Source of the DNA: Gammaproteobacteria bacterium
Lineage (GTDB): Bacteria > Pseudomonadota > Gammaproteobacteria > Tethybacterales > Persebacteraceae
Direction of reading: 5' to 3'
Assembly: GCA_051009035.1 (NCBI GenBank)
Contig: JBPCWY010000088.1
Location: 1 to 40,830 of the forward strand
Length of the DNA stretch: 40,830 nucleotides
Positions 25,322 through 34,159 of this stretch are shown here, piece after piece. Within the stretch, counting starts at the first letter, position 1; every line of letters starts with the position of its first letter. The notes under the pieces were generated by a model. It saw only the letters and a list, made by a program, of their open reading frames with translations, ran no database searches and had not been told where the DNA came from. A program made the translations under genes and the position numbers.

Positions 25322-26548
25322 TTAGGGAATTATGCCCTGCTCTTTTAATTTTGCGATTAAATATTCCATGGCGCGGTTGCCTTTGACGCTGTTGCATGCG
25401 CCGCACAGCAGTTGCAAGTTATCCGCCGTGTTTTGCCCGCCTTTTGATTTCGGTTTTTCATGGTCTACCGTCATATTGCGGAACGGAAAATGGTGGCGGC
25501 AACCCGCGCAATTTCCTTCTTGTTTGCCGTAAAGCGTGTGCGCTTCTTTTTTCGGATTTACCATGACCGCGCCGTTGTCCGTGCGCGCGGGAAAATCTTC
25601 GCGCGTAATTATTTTTTTCCACGCGCCTTTCGTGGAAAGCATGTCCTGCGCGTTTTGCAAACGCGTTTTGATTAACTCCCCCGCCTTGTTTGATATATCA
25701 ACGCCGAGCCATTGGCGGTTTAGCGTTTCGGCGGCGACAAGCGTAGTCGCGCAACCGCAAAACGGGTCCAGCACGACATCGCCTTCGTTGGTGGACGCTT
25801 TGATAATCCGTTCCAAAAGCGCGAGCGGCTTTTGAGTCGGGTAGCCGGTTTTTTCTTTGGAAAAACTTTTAATCATAATAGAATCCAAAATATCCCCGTT
25901 GCTGCAATTCCAAGTATCCTCAATCGGGATTCCTTTTCCCGTCGGCGCGCCGCCGTCCCGCCGCACGTATCCTTCCGGATACGGAATATATTCTTTGCAA
26001 AAAGTAAACTTCGGGCTTTTGGCGTAATACAGCAAAGTATCGTGATTCCGAATAAACCCTTTCTTTTGCGTTTTATAACCGGACACCCAGCCAATGCGCC
26101 AAATCAATTCGTTGCGAAAATTGCGCGAGTCAAAAACCGCGTCCATCAACAATTTTAACGAATGCGACATGGTCGGGTCGCAGTGCAGGTAAATGCTTCC
26201 CGTTGATTTAAGAATGCGGTGCATTTCTAAAAGGCGGCGCGCCATAAAAATTAAATACGCTTTGTCGCCTTTGCCGCCGGTCATTCCCGCCGCGTCAATC
26301 ACCGCCGCCAACGCGGGATGCCGCTCGGAAATCTGCCCGACCCATGCCAAATCTATGTCGTCCAAAGTCCACGCGTCCTTAAAAGACGCGCCCGCCGCCT
26401 TACTTCCAATCGGCGCGGCGTAATCGCGGTTGGAATTGAACGGCGGGTCAAGATAAATTAAATCCGCGCACTCGGAATTTAAATTATCCAAAATATCAAT
26501 ATTGTCGCGGATAAACAGCGTCCGGTTTTTGACATTCAATTCGGGCAT
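25322..26548 (-). CDS. Beta-class (N4/N6, PF01555-type) DNA methyltransferase fused to a C-terminal HNH endonuclease domain
   Basis: Motif IV is IYLDPPFNS. Motif I is VLDPFCGCATTLVAAE. The C-terminus has CAGCRHHF...VDHEKPKSKGGQNTADNLQLLCGACNSVKGNR (CxxC...DH...N...CxxC HNH). The ATG at 26548 has GAGGAG upstream. Confidence 0.85.
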   Translation of the reverse strand: MPELNVKNRTLFIRDNIDILDNLNSECADLIYLDPPFNSNRDYAAPIGSKAAGASFKDAWTLDDIDLAWVGQISERHPALAAVIDAAGMTGGKGDKAYLIFMARRLLEMHRILKSTGSIYLHCDPTMSHSLKLLMDAVFDSRNFRNELIWRIGWVSGYKTQKKGFIRNHDTLLYYAKSPKFTFCKEYIPYPEGYVRRDGGAPTGKGIPIEDTWNCSNGDILDSIMIKSFSKEKTGYPTQKPLALLERIIKASTNEGDVVLDPFCGCATTLVAAETLNRQWLGVDISNKAGELIKTRLQNAQDMLSTKGAWKKIITREDFPARTDNGAVMVNPKKEAHTLYGKQEGNCAGCRHHFPFRNMTVDHEKPKSKGGQNTADNLQLLCGACNSVKGNRAMEYLIAKLKEQGIIP

Positions 26549-26628
26549 TTGCGCCAATTCTCCTCGGGTAAAACATGTTTTGTAAAAACGCGGCAAAAAA
26601 ATTTGGCGCGTTTTCGCCGTTGTTTTGC

Positions 26629-26634
26629 ATTATA
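26629..26634 (-). promoter_or_regulatory. -10 hexamer TATAAT for the MTase-HNH gene
   Basis: Minus-strand ggTATAATgc at 26634-26629. No convincing -35. Confidence 0.35.
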
Positions 26635-26720
26635 CCGAATTTTCTTAAAAACAAACCGCGCCCGCAAAATTGCGAAAGGCGGCGGTTTGCCTGTTTTCGG
26701 GGCGGGACGGGCGGACAAGG

Positions 26721-26726
26721 TATAAT
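26721..26726 (+). promoter_or_regulatory. -10 hexamer TATAAT for selU; predicts a 5' UTR of only a few nt
   Basis: ggTATAATgc at 26719-26728. The ATG at 26739 lies 12 nt after the hexamer, with no SD. Confidence 0.4.
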
Positions 26727-26738
26727 GCCCGTTAAAAT

Positions 26739-27773
26739 ATGAATTTACCTTGGGACGGTTTTGACGGGATACTTGATGCGCGGTCGCCGGCGGAGTTTGC
26801 CGAAGATTGCATTCCGGGCGCGGTTAATTTGCCCGCGCTTTCCGATGCGGAGCGCGCCGAAGTCGGGGCGTTGTATAAAAGTTCGCCGTTTGCCGCGCGG
26901 TTGCGCGGGGCGGGATTTGTCGCCGCCAATATTTCCGCGCATTTGCAAAAACATTTGGCGGCGCATCCGCGCGAATGGCGTCCGCTCGTGTATTGCTGGC
27001 GCGGCGGGCGGCGGAGCGGCGCGGTGGCGGAAGTGTTGCGCCAAATTGGATGGGACGCCGCGCAACTTTCGGGCGGGTATAAATTTTACCGGCAAACGGT
27101 CATCAACGGCATTTGCGAATTGTCCGCGGCGTTGCCGTTTTTTGCAATCGGCGGAAAAACCGGCGCGGGAAAAACTTTGCTGCTCGCCGCGTTGCGCGAC
27201 AACGGCGAATCGGTTTTGGATTTGGAAGCGCTGGGCTGCCACCGCGGTTCGGTTTTTGGCGCAACCGGCGCGCAGCCGTCCCAGCGCAAATTTGAATCCG
27301 CATTGTTTGAAGCGATGCGCGCATTGCCGCAGCATGCGCCGGTTTTTGTAGAAACGGAAGGGCGCAAAATCGGCGCGTTGCATGTGCCGCGCCCGTTGTT
27401 GTTTGCGGCGCGGCAAGCGCCGTTGTTTTATGCGGAAGCGGAATTGGCGGCGCGGGCGCGGCGGGTTGCCGGGGATTATGCGGCGTTTCAAGATTCCGCC
27501 CTTTTTGAATCCGCGCTCGCCGCGCTGGGAAAATACGCCGCGCCGCGCCGCCGCTATTGGCGGGAATACCACGCCCGCGGCGAATGGGAAGCGCTTGCCG
27601 CCGATTTGTTGTCTTCGTTTTACGACATCGGTTACGAAAAATCGCTCGCCGCAAACTACGGCAAACCGGCGGCGGTTTTTCGCGCCGACCCGAATTGCCC
27701 GCAAGCGCTCCAAAAAACGGCGCGCGCATTGGCGCAAAAAGCGCGATTATGCGCGGAAGGTGGTAAGATATAA
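26739..27773 (+). CDS. selU: tRNA 2-selenouridine synthase
   Basis: Rhodanese domain with active-site YCWRGGRRSG. P-loop GGKTGAGKT. Length is similar to MnmH/YbbB. Confidence 0.9.
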   Translation: MNLPWDGFDGILDARSPAEFAEDCIPGAVNLPALSDAERAEVGALYKSSPFAARLRGAGFVAANISAHLQKHLAAHPREWRPLVYCWRGGRRSGAVAEVLRQIGWDAAQLSGGYKFYRQTVINGICELSAALPFFAIGGKTGAGKTLLLAALRDNGESVLDLEALGCHRGSVFGATGAQPSQRKFESALFEAMRALPQHAPVFVETEGRKIGALHVPRPLLFAARQAPLFYAEAELAARARRVAGDYAAFQDSALFESALAALGKYAAPRRRYWREYHARGEWEALAADLLSSFYDIGYEKSLAANYGKPAAVFRADPNCPQALQKTARALAQKARLCAEGGKI

Positions 27774-27776
27774 CGC

Positions 27777-28271
27777 ATGCTTTTTATTTCCGCCGCCGTA
27801 GCCGGATTAATCAACGCCCGCCAAACGGAAGCGGAGCGGCGGCGCATGCAAGCGCACGCCGGGCGCGTTGTCGCGTTGCGGGCGGGCGCGTTGCGGTTGT
27901 GTTTTCGTTTGGATGCGGGCGGATATTGGCGCGCGGTTTTGCCGGAAGTCGCCGCGGACGCCGAAGCGCATTGGCGCGGGGCGGATTTGCATTTGGACGG
28001 GGACGGCGCGTTGTTGCGCGATTTGAACGGCGCGTGGGAGCGCAATTCGCCGCGCCAAATTCTCGCCGAAATAATGGGTGCGGACGCCGCCGGTTTTTGC
28101 GCCGATGCGGCGGCGCGTTTGGATATTAAAAATATTTTAGTAGCGGGGGGAGTCGCCGCGCCGCCTTCCGCCGTTGCCGAATTTAACCGCAACGCGGCGG
28201 CGGTGGCGCAAAAAAGCCGCGAATTAGAATCGCGCCTCGCGCGCTTGGAGGGACGGCATGGCGAAACCTAA
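27777..28271 (+). CDS. Possible UbiJ-like (SCP2-type) ubiquinone biosynthesis accessory protein
   Basis: The assignment rests on pattern only: N-terminal ...MQAHAGRVVALRAGALRLCFRLDAGG and C-terminal coiled coil SRELESRLARLEG resemble UbiJ organisation. Weak. Confidence 0.35.
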   Translation: MLFISAAVAGLINARQTEAERRRMQAHAGRVVALRAGALRLCFRLDAGGYWRAVLPEVAADAEAHWRGADLHLDGDGALLRDLNGAWERNSPRQILAEIMGADAAGFCADAAARLDIKNILVAGGVAAPPSAVAEFNRNAAAVAQKSRELESRLARLEGRHGET

Positions 28272-28800
28272 AATTATTAAAAAATATTCCAACCGCCGTT
28301 TATACGACTCCGGACAAAGCCGCTACATTACTTTGGACGAGTTGAAAAAAATGGCGGTGGATAACGAACCGTTCCGGGTGTGCGACGCCAAAAGCGGCGA
28401 AGACATCACCCGCGCGGTGTTGTTGCAGGCGTTGCTTGCCGAAGATTCCGGCGGGGAGCCGGTGTTGTCCGAACAAAGCTTGCGCAATTTGGTGGCGTTT
28501 TTTCACGGCCCGTTTCGCGGTCCGATGGCGGTTTATTTTGAACAGTGCCTGCCCGTGTTTTTGGAATCACAGCGCAAACTGCGGGACAAATTCGGCGCGT
28601 CCCTTTCCGCCGCCGAAATGGAAAACATCGCCGCGTTGCAGGGCAGAATGACGCGGCAGGTTTTGGAGCAGTATGTTTTTGGCGGCATGGAAAATTTTCT
28701 AAACGCGCAAAACCAGATGCGCGAAAACATGAAAAAAATGCTCGGCGGCGAAATGTTCGGCATGCCCGGTTTTTTCAATCCTCCGGACGACAAGAAATAA
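28258..28800 (+). CDS. phaR: Polyhydroxyalkanoate synthesis repressor PhaR
   Basis: IKKYSNRRLYDSGQSRYITLDELKKM...RVCDAKSGEDITRAVLLQALL is the PhaR N-terminal DNA-binding signature. GGAGG RBS lies 6 nt upstream. Overlaps the previous ORF by 14 nt. Confidence 0.9.
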   Translation: MAKPKIIKKYSNRRLYDSGQSRYITLDELKKMAVDNEPFRVCDAKSGEDITRAVLLQALLAEDSGGEPVLSEQSLRNLVAFFHGPFRGPMAVYFEQCLPVFLESQRKLRDKFGASLSAAEMENIAALQGRMTRQVLEQYVFGGMENFLNAQNQMRENMKKMLGGEMFGMPGFFNPPDDKK

Positions 28801-28863
28801 ACCGCGCAGGGCGGCGGCATACATAAATTACATAAAAATTTTCCATTGCTCGCCCCCGACAAA

Positions 28864-28963
28864 TGTCGGAGGCGAGAAATTAATAGATTAGAAAAAGCGG
28901 GGAAGTTGGGCGAGTTTGCATTCCGCACGCGGCAAAGAGATTCCTGCTTTTGCAGGAACGGAG
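28864..28963 (+). repeat. Partial copy C of the NIME/MITE-like element (core plus right terminal repeat; left repeat missing)
   Basis: tgtcggaggcgag...ggaagttgggcgagtttgcattccgcacgcggcaaagagattcctgcttttgcaggaacggag aligns colinearly with 25157-25261. Confidence 0.7.
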
Positions 28964-29109
28964 AAATAAGGGGCGGGAAATTGTCCGGATTTTAATGCCG
29001 TTTGTTTGCTTTTATAATTTGCGGGCGTAATTAAAAGCGGGAAATAAAAGCGGGCAATTTTTATATTGCGCCGCAATTTGTTTTACCGCCGCGGGGTTTT
29101 TTGCGGGGG

Positions 29110-30822
29110 TTATGTTTTTATTTTTTGGCGGACGGTTTCGGCGGCGGAAGTTAGGGGGAGCATTTCGCTTTTGTCCGCCGTCCGGTGTTTGTATTCGGTT
29201 TCGCCGTTTGCCAAAGCGCGCGCGCCGATGACGAGGCGGTGCGGGATGCCGAGCAAATCCAATTCGGCAAACATGACTCCGGGGCGCAAATCGCGCTCGT
29301 CCAATAAAACATCTATTCCGGCGCGGCGCAGTTCGTCGTATAATTTTTCCGCCGCCGCCATGACTTTTTTGTCGCGCGCGCCGATGACCGCGATTACCGC
29401 CTGAAAGGGCGCGATGGCGTCGGGAAAAATCATGCCGCGCGCGTCATGGTTTTGTTCCACGGCGGCGGCGGCGATGCGGGTGATGCCGATGCCGTAGCAA
29501 CCCATCATAATCGGCAGCGCGCCGCCTTCGGGGGATTCTGCCGTGGCGGACATGGCTTGCGAATATTTTGCGCCGAGCTGGAAGATATGCCCGACTTCTA
29601 TGCCGCGGCATTCCAGCAGCGTCCCGTTGCCGTCCGGAGACGGGTCGCCCGCGGCGGCGCGGCGCACATCGGCAAAACGCGGCTCCGGACAATCGCGCCC
29701 GAAGTTTGCGCCTAAATAATGGCGTCCGTCTTCGTTTGCGCCGCAGGCAAAATCGGAAACCGCCGCCAACCCAAAATCGGCAATGACGGGCAGGGGCATA
29801 TTCACCGGACCCAAAGAACCGAAACCCGCGCCGGCGAGCGGCTTGGCTTCTTCCGCCGGAAGCAAATCCGCGCCGTTGCCGATTTCCGGCTGCGCCGCGG
29901 CTTTGGTTAAATTTAAAGCATGCCCGCCCTGCAACAATACCGCCGCGGTTCCCGCCGCACCGCGCACTAACATGGTTTTAATATTGCGCGGCGGCGGCGG
30001 CGCGCGCTCCCCCAAAAATTCGGCGAGCGCGGCGATTGTGGCGACGCCGGGCGTGTCTATTTTTTGCAATTCTTCGGCGGGGGGCGGGCGTTTTTCCGTC
30101 CCCGGCGGGCAGGCGGCGCGCTCCAAATTGGCGGCGTAACCGCTTTCCGGGGAATATAAAACCGTTTCTTCGCCGGAATCCGCCAGCACCATAAATTCGT
30201 GCGATATTTTTCCGCCGATTGTTCCGGAGTCGGCTTCTACCATGCGGTAGCGCAAACCGATGCGGTCAAAAATGCGGCAGTAGGCGCGGCGCATTGTTTC
30301 GTAACTGCGCCGCATTCCTTCTTCGTCCATGTCAAAAGAATAGGCGTCTTTCATTATAAATTCGCGCGCCCGCATGACGCCGAAACGGGGGCGGATTTCA
30401 TCGCGGAATTTGGTTTGGATTTGGTATAAATTGAACGGCAGCTGGCGGTAGGAAGAGACATGGGCGCGGACGATGTCGGTGACCATTTCTTCGTGGGTCG
30501 GCGCGAGGCAAAAATCGCGCCCGCGGCGGTCGGCAAAACGCAGCAATTCCGCGCCGTATTCTTTCCAGCGTCCCGATTCTTCCCACAGCTGCGCGGCATG
30601 CACGGCGGGCATTAAGATTTCGGCGCAACCGGCGGCGTCCATTTCTTCGCGGACAATGCCGGCGATTTTGCGCGCCGCGCGCCATCCGGCGGGCAACCAC
30701 GAATAAATTCCCCCCGCGTGTTTGCGGATAAAGCCGGCGCGCAACATGAGGCGGTGGCTGGCAAGCTCCGCTTCGGCGGGCGCCTCTTTTGTGGAATGAA
30801 TAAAAAACAAACTCGCGCGCAT
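29110..30822 (-). CDS. proS: Prolyl-tRNA synthetase (bacterial type with INS editing domain)
   Basis: MRASLFFIHSTKEAPAEAELASHRLMLRAGFIRK...FRDEIRPRFGVMRAREF (class II motif 2)...GCYGIGITR (motif 3). An alternative ATG lies at 30831. Confidence 0.95.
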   Translation of the reverse strand: MRASLFFIHSTKEAPAEAELASHRLMLRAGFIRKHAGGIYSWLPAGWRAARKIAGIVREEMDAAGCAEILMPAVHAAQLWEESGRWKEYGAELLRFADRRGRDFCLAPTHEEMVTDIVRAHVSSYRQLPFNLYQIQTKFRDEIRPRFGVMRAREFIMKDAYSFDMDEEGMRRSYETMRRAYCRIFDRIGLRYRMVEADSGTIGGKISHEFMVLADSGEETVLYSPESGYAANLERAACPPGTEKRPPPAEELQKIDTPGVATIAALAEFLGERAPPPPRNIKTMLVRGAAGTAAVLLQGGHALNLTKAAAQPEIGNGADLLPAEEAKPLAGAGFGSLGPVNMPLPVIADFGLAAVSDFACGANEDGRHYLGANFGRDCPEPRFADVRRAAAGDPSPDGNGTLLECRGIEVGHIFQLGAKYSQAMSATAESPEGGALPIMMGCYGIGITRIAAAAVEQNHDARGMIFPDAIAPFQAVIAVIGARDKKVMAAAEKLYDELRRAGIDVLLDERDLRPGVMFAELDLLGIPHRLVIGARALANGETEYKHRTADKSEMLPLTSAAETVRQKIKT

Positions 30823-30857
30823 GCGGCGCATTTTACCGCATTCCCGCGCGGGGCGGA

Positions 30858-32804
30858 TTATCCGCCGTCCGGACTTTCAATATTTTTCTTAATCTCCATC
30901 ACTTTGGCAAAGCCGCCGCTGATGACAATTTCGTCCCCGGCGCGCGCCGTGCGGCGGGTGTCTTGCGCGTTAATAATTTCGCCCGCGCGCAGCCACGAAA
31001 TAACCTGGCAACCTTCCAAGGCGGTTTCCAAGGAAGGAATGTCTTGTTGCGGGACGCAGCCGACAAAAGTTTCGGCGTTTTCGGGGTCTTCCAAATCGGC
31101 GGAAAATTCGCCGGTAAAATACGGGTTTTCCCGGTCGCGGGCGCGCAAAATCGCCCGGTTGACGGCTTTGCCGTTCATGCGGTAGCACGCGTTTGCGGTT
31201 TTTTTCGCCGCCGAAAAACCGAATTCATACACATCAAGATACGCCAAATCGGCTCCGGCGGAGACGAGTTCGTTGGCGCGTTTGACCGTGTCGGCGCGGG
31301 CGATAATATAAATTTTTGGATTAAGCGCGCGCGCCCGCTGCACCGTGGTTTTGGAATCCACCGCGTCAATATAGGACATAATCAACGCCCGCGCGCGCAT
31401 AATATTCGCCCCGGTCAATCCTTCCACGCTGGATGATTCGGCGTATAAAACATGGTCCGCGCCGCCTACGGTTTGCAAAATTTGGTAGTTTTCTTCCAAT
31501 GCGACATAGGGCAAGCCGATGTCGCGGAGGATTCCGGCGACGGCTTGTCCGGTGCGCCCGAAGCCACAAATAATCACATGGTCGGAAAGCGCCATGGTTT
31601 CGGATAAATTTTCGGTTACTTTTTTCGCCGAGGCGAGCCAGTCGTCGCGGGCGAAGTAGCGGACGAAACGCTGCCGCTGCCGCCACAAAAACGGAATGAC
31701 GATTAACGCCGCCAAGTTTGCGGAGAGGAGAAGTTGAAAAACGCCGTTGTCTACCATTTCGGAAGTGCGCGCCAAAGTCAGCAGCACAAAACCGAATTCG
31801 CCCGCGCCGCACAGCAGGACGGCGGTGTAAATCGCGGTTTTGGCGTGCGCGCCGAGAATGCGCGTGCAGCCGTAAATTAACGGCGCTTTGACGGCAATTA
31901 ACAACGCCGCCGCGCCCAGTGCCAGTGCCCAATTTTCCAGCAAATAACCCGGGTCTACCAAAATCCCCAGCGACATAAAAAAGAATCCGAGAAAAATGTG
32001 GCGGAAGGGTTCTACGATGCGCGAGACGCGGTAGCGGTGCATTGTTTCGGACATTAAAATTCCGGCGACAAACGCGCCCAAGGCGTAGGACAAACCCGCC
32101 CACGCGCTAAATCCGGAAAGCGCGATAATTAGCATCACTAAATTAAGCATGTAAAGTTCTTTATTGCCGTAGCCGGCGACAAAATTTAACCAGCGCGACA
32201 TCGCCGGTGCGCCGGCAAACAGGACAATCGCCATAATCGCCGCGACTTTAACGCCGACTAATGCGGCGGTATTCAACGCCGAAGACGCGCCGAAACTGGA
32301 CGAAAAAACGATAATGAGCGGGATGACCGCCAAATCTTGAAACAATAAAACGCCCATCGCCCGGCTGCCGGACGGGGAATTGAGCGTGTTTTCTTCAATT
32401 AAAATCTGGCTGACAATGGCGGTGGACGACATGGCGGCGACCGAACCGACAAGCAACGCCAGCGGCACATCGCCGTAAAAAAACCATACCGGCATCCCAA
32501 AAAGCATTCCGGTCAAAAAAGTTTGCGCGCCGCCCAGCCCGAAAACATAGCGGCGGATAGTGCGCAGCCCGCTGATGCTGAACTTGAGCCCGATAGTAAA
32601 CAGCAGAAAGATAATGCCCAACTCGGCGATAAAATGCGCCGTCTCGTTGTCGTGCAGCACGCCCAGCCCGCTGGGGCCCACGCACGCCCCGGCGATAAAA
32701 TAGGCGGGGACCGTCGGCCAGCGCAGCATGGTTAAAATCATAACCATGCCAAACGCCGAAACGGCGAGCAAAACAATAACGGCAATAGGGGGAAGTTCGG
32801 GCAT
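30858..32804 (-). CDS. CPA2-family monovalent cation:proton antiporter with RCK/TrkA-N and TrkA-C domains (KefB/KefC/YbaL-like)
   Basis: About 12 TM N-terminal Na_H_exchanger-type region, then VIICGFGRTGQAVA (Rossmann GxGxxG) and a C-terminal TrkA-C-like region. Confidence 0.85.
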   Translation of the reverse strand: MPELPPIAVIVLLAVSAFGMVMILTMLRWPTVPAYFIAGACVGPSGLGVLHDNETAHFIAELGIIFLLFTIGLKFSISGLRTIRRYVFGLGGAQTFLTGMLFGMPVWFFYGDVPLALLVGSVAAMSSTAIVSQILIEENTLNSPSGSRAMGVLLFQDLAVIPLIIVFSSSFGASSALNTAALVGVKVAAIMAIVLFAGAPAMSRWLNFVAGYGNKELYMLNLVMLIIALSGFSAWAGLSYALGAFVAGILMSETMHRYRVSRIVEPFRHIFLGFFFMSLGILVDPGYLLENWALALGAAALLIAVKAPLIYGCTRILGAHAKTAIYTAVLLCGAGEFGFVLLTLARTSEMVDNGVFQLLLSANLAALIVIPFLWRQRQRFVRYFARDDWLASAKKVTENLSETMALSDHVIICGFGRTGQAVAGILRDIGLPYVALEENYQILQTVGGADHVLYAESSSVEGLTGANIMRARALIMSYIDAVDSKTTVQRARALNPKIYIIARADTVKRANELVSAGADLAYLDVYEFGFSAAKKTANACYRMNGKAVNRAILRARDRENPYFTGEFSADLEDPENAETFVGCVPQQDIPSLETALEGCQVISWLRAGEIINAQDTRRTARAGDEIVISGGFAKVMEIKKNIESPDGG

Positions 32805-32825
32805 TAATTCCGGCGAAATTTAAGA

Positions 32826-32831
32826 TATAAT
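32826..32831 (+). promoter_or_regulatory. -10 hexamer TATAAT upstream of efp
   Basis: tataat at 32826-32831. RBS aaagga at 32846-32851. ATG at 32864. Confidence 0.4.
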
Positions 32832-32863
32832 CATTTTACTGGAAAAAAGGACGCTTAAACAAC

Positions 32864-33430
32864 ATGGCAAAGATTTCCGCGACCGAAGTGCGCGCCGGGA
32901 TTTTAATTGAAATGGAAAAACGCCTGTGGCGCGTGGGCAAAGCGCGCCATGTGCATGTCGGCGGGCGCGGGGGCGCGTATATGCAGGTGGAGGCGAAAGA
33001 CATTGAAACCGGCGGCAAAAACAGCTTCCGCCTGCGCACCGACGACAAGGTGGAGCGCCCCTTCGTGGAACAGCGCAAAATGCGCTTTCTTTACCGGGAC
33101 GGGGAAGAATTTGTGCTGATGGACGAGGAAAATTTTGACCAGATTAATCTGGGGGCGGATTTTTTTGAAGGGCGCGAAGGGTATATGCTGCCCGACACTG
33201 CGGTGGAAATCAATTTTTACGAAGGGCGCGCGATTGGCGCGACTTTGCCGTCTTCCGTGGCGCTGCGCATCGTCAATACGGAGCCGCAGGCAAAAGGGGC
33301 GACGGCGACATCTTCCTACAAACCGGCGGAAATGGAAACGGGTATTACGGTCATGGTCCCGCCGTTTGTGGCAAGCGGCGAAAGCATCCGGGTCAACACG
33401 GACAGCGGCGAATATATTGAGCGGGTATAG
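32864..33430 (+). CDS. efp: Elongation factor P
   Basis: 188 aa with a three-domain EF-P pattern. The beta3-beta4 loop reads HVGGRGGAYMQV, with Arg at the position of E. coli Lys34. Confidence 0.95.
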   Translation: MAKISATEVRAGILIEMEKRLWRVGKARHVHVGGRGGAYMQVEAKDIETGGKNSFRLRTDDKVERPFVEQRKMRFLYRDGEEFVLMDEENFDQINLGADFFEGREGYMLPDTAVEINFYEGRAIGATLPSSVALRIVNTEPQAKGATATSSYKPAEMETGITVMVPPFVASGESIRVNTDSGEYIERV

Positions 33431-33448
33431 CGGGCGGGTATAGCGGGC
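33423..33448 (+). repeat. 13-nt tandem duplication (gggtatagcgggc x2) spanning the efp stop codon
   Basis: Identical units at 33423-33435 and 33436-33448, followed by a partial third unit, gggt. Confidence 0.85.
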
Positions 33449-33501
33449 GGGTTTGCGCAGTTGTTTGCGCGATTATCCGCCCGGCGCGCCGCCTTTTTTT
33501 G

Positions 33502-33635
33502 CCATTCCCGCGCAGGCGGGAATCTTTTTGCGGTTTGCGGGGTATGAATCCGCCCGACATTTGCCGTTTCTACTATATTAAACAAAGGAATTGCCCGCTA
33601 TCGGCAAAGAGATTCCTGCTTTCGCAGGAATGGAG
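33502..33635. mobile_element. NIME/MITE-like composite element, copy B (inverted relative to copy A)
   Basis: The left end is ccattcccgcgcaggcgggaatct and the right end is agattcctgctttcgcaggaatggag. The core aligns by eye, with most positions matching, to the reverse complement of the copy A core (tttgcggtttgcggggtatgaat...ctatattaaacaaaggaat). Confidence 0.8.
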
Positions 33636-33835
33636 AATATCTTTTGTTTTTCGGCATTACCGCCCGTTTGGGATTTTTGGCGGACAGGAATGACAGCGCG
33701 GGGAAGCGGCGCGGGGCGGAAATGGAATTGGGCGGCGGGCGGCGGAAAAACGCGGTTTTGTTGCGGAAGTTTTCCCCAAAACGGGGATATTTTTATTTTT
33801 TGGCAAAAAAACGCCGCAATGCGCGATTAATGCCG

Positions 33836-33841
33836 TATAAT
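33836..33841 (+). promoter_or_regulatory. -10 hexamer TATAAT upstream of the cold-shock gene
   Basis: ccgTATAATatg at 33833-33844. ATG at 33889. Confidence 0.35.
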
Positions 33842-33888
33842 ATGCGCCAGCCGCAAAGGCGGCGATACTGCAACAAAGAGAAAACACA

Positions 33889-34107
33889 ATGACAGAAGGA
33901 ACGCAAGTGACCGGCAAGGTCAAATGGTTTAACGATGACAAGGGCTTCGGCTTTATCTCGCGCGATGATGGCGAGCGGGATGTCTTCGTTCACTACAACT
34001 CCATCAACGGCAGCGGGCGCAAAACTTTGCGCGAAGGGCAGGAGGTCAAAATGGAAGTGACCGACAGCAAAAAAGGGCCGCTCGCCAATAACGTAACCCC
34101 CCTCTGA
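33889..34107 (+). CDS. Cold-shock protein (CspA family, S1-like CSD)
   Basis: GKVKWFNDDKGFGFI (RNP1) and DVFVHY (RNP2). Confidence 0.95.
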   Translation: MTEGTQVTGKVKWFNDDKGFGFISRDDGERDVFVHYNSINGSGRKTLREGQEVKMEVTDSKKGPLANNVTPL

Positions 34108-34159
34108 TTTTTCCCGCCGTTTTCGCCGTCCCTGCGGGTATGGGGGCGGCGTGCGGCGG

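Noticed and set aside
26745-27737. Long antisense ORFs: 26745..27737, 16108..17067, 40103..40795, 3759..4412, 20462..21250 and many others
   Set aside because: They are Arg/Pro/Gly-rich shadow frames opposite well-supported genes in GC-rich DNA, with no independent signals.
29060-29109. Terminator downstream of proS (gcggggttttttgcgggg)
   Set aside because: The two GC blocks are direct repeats, not inverted, so no stable hairpin forms.
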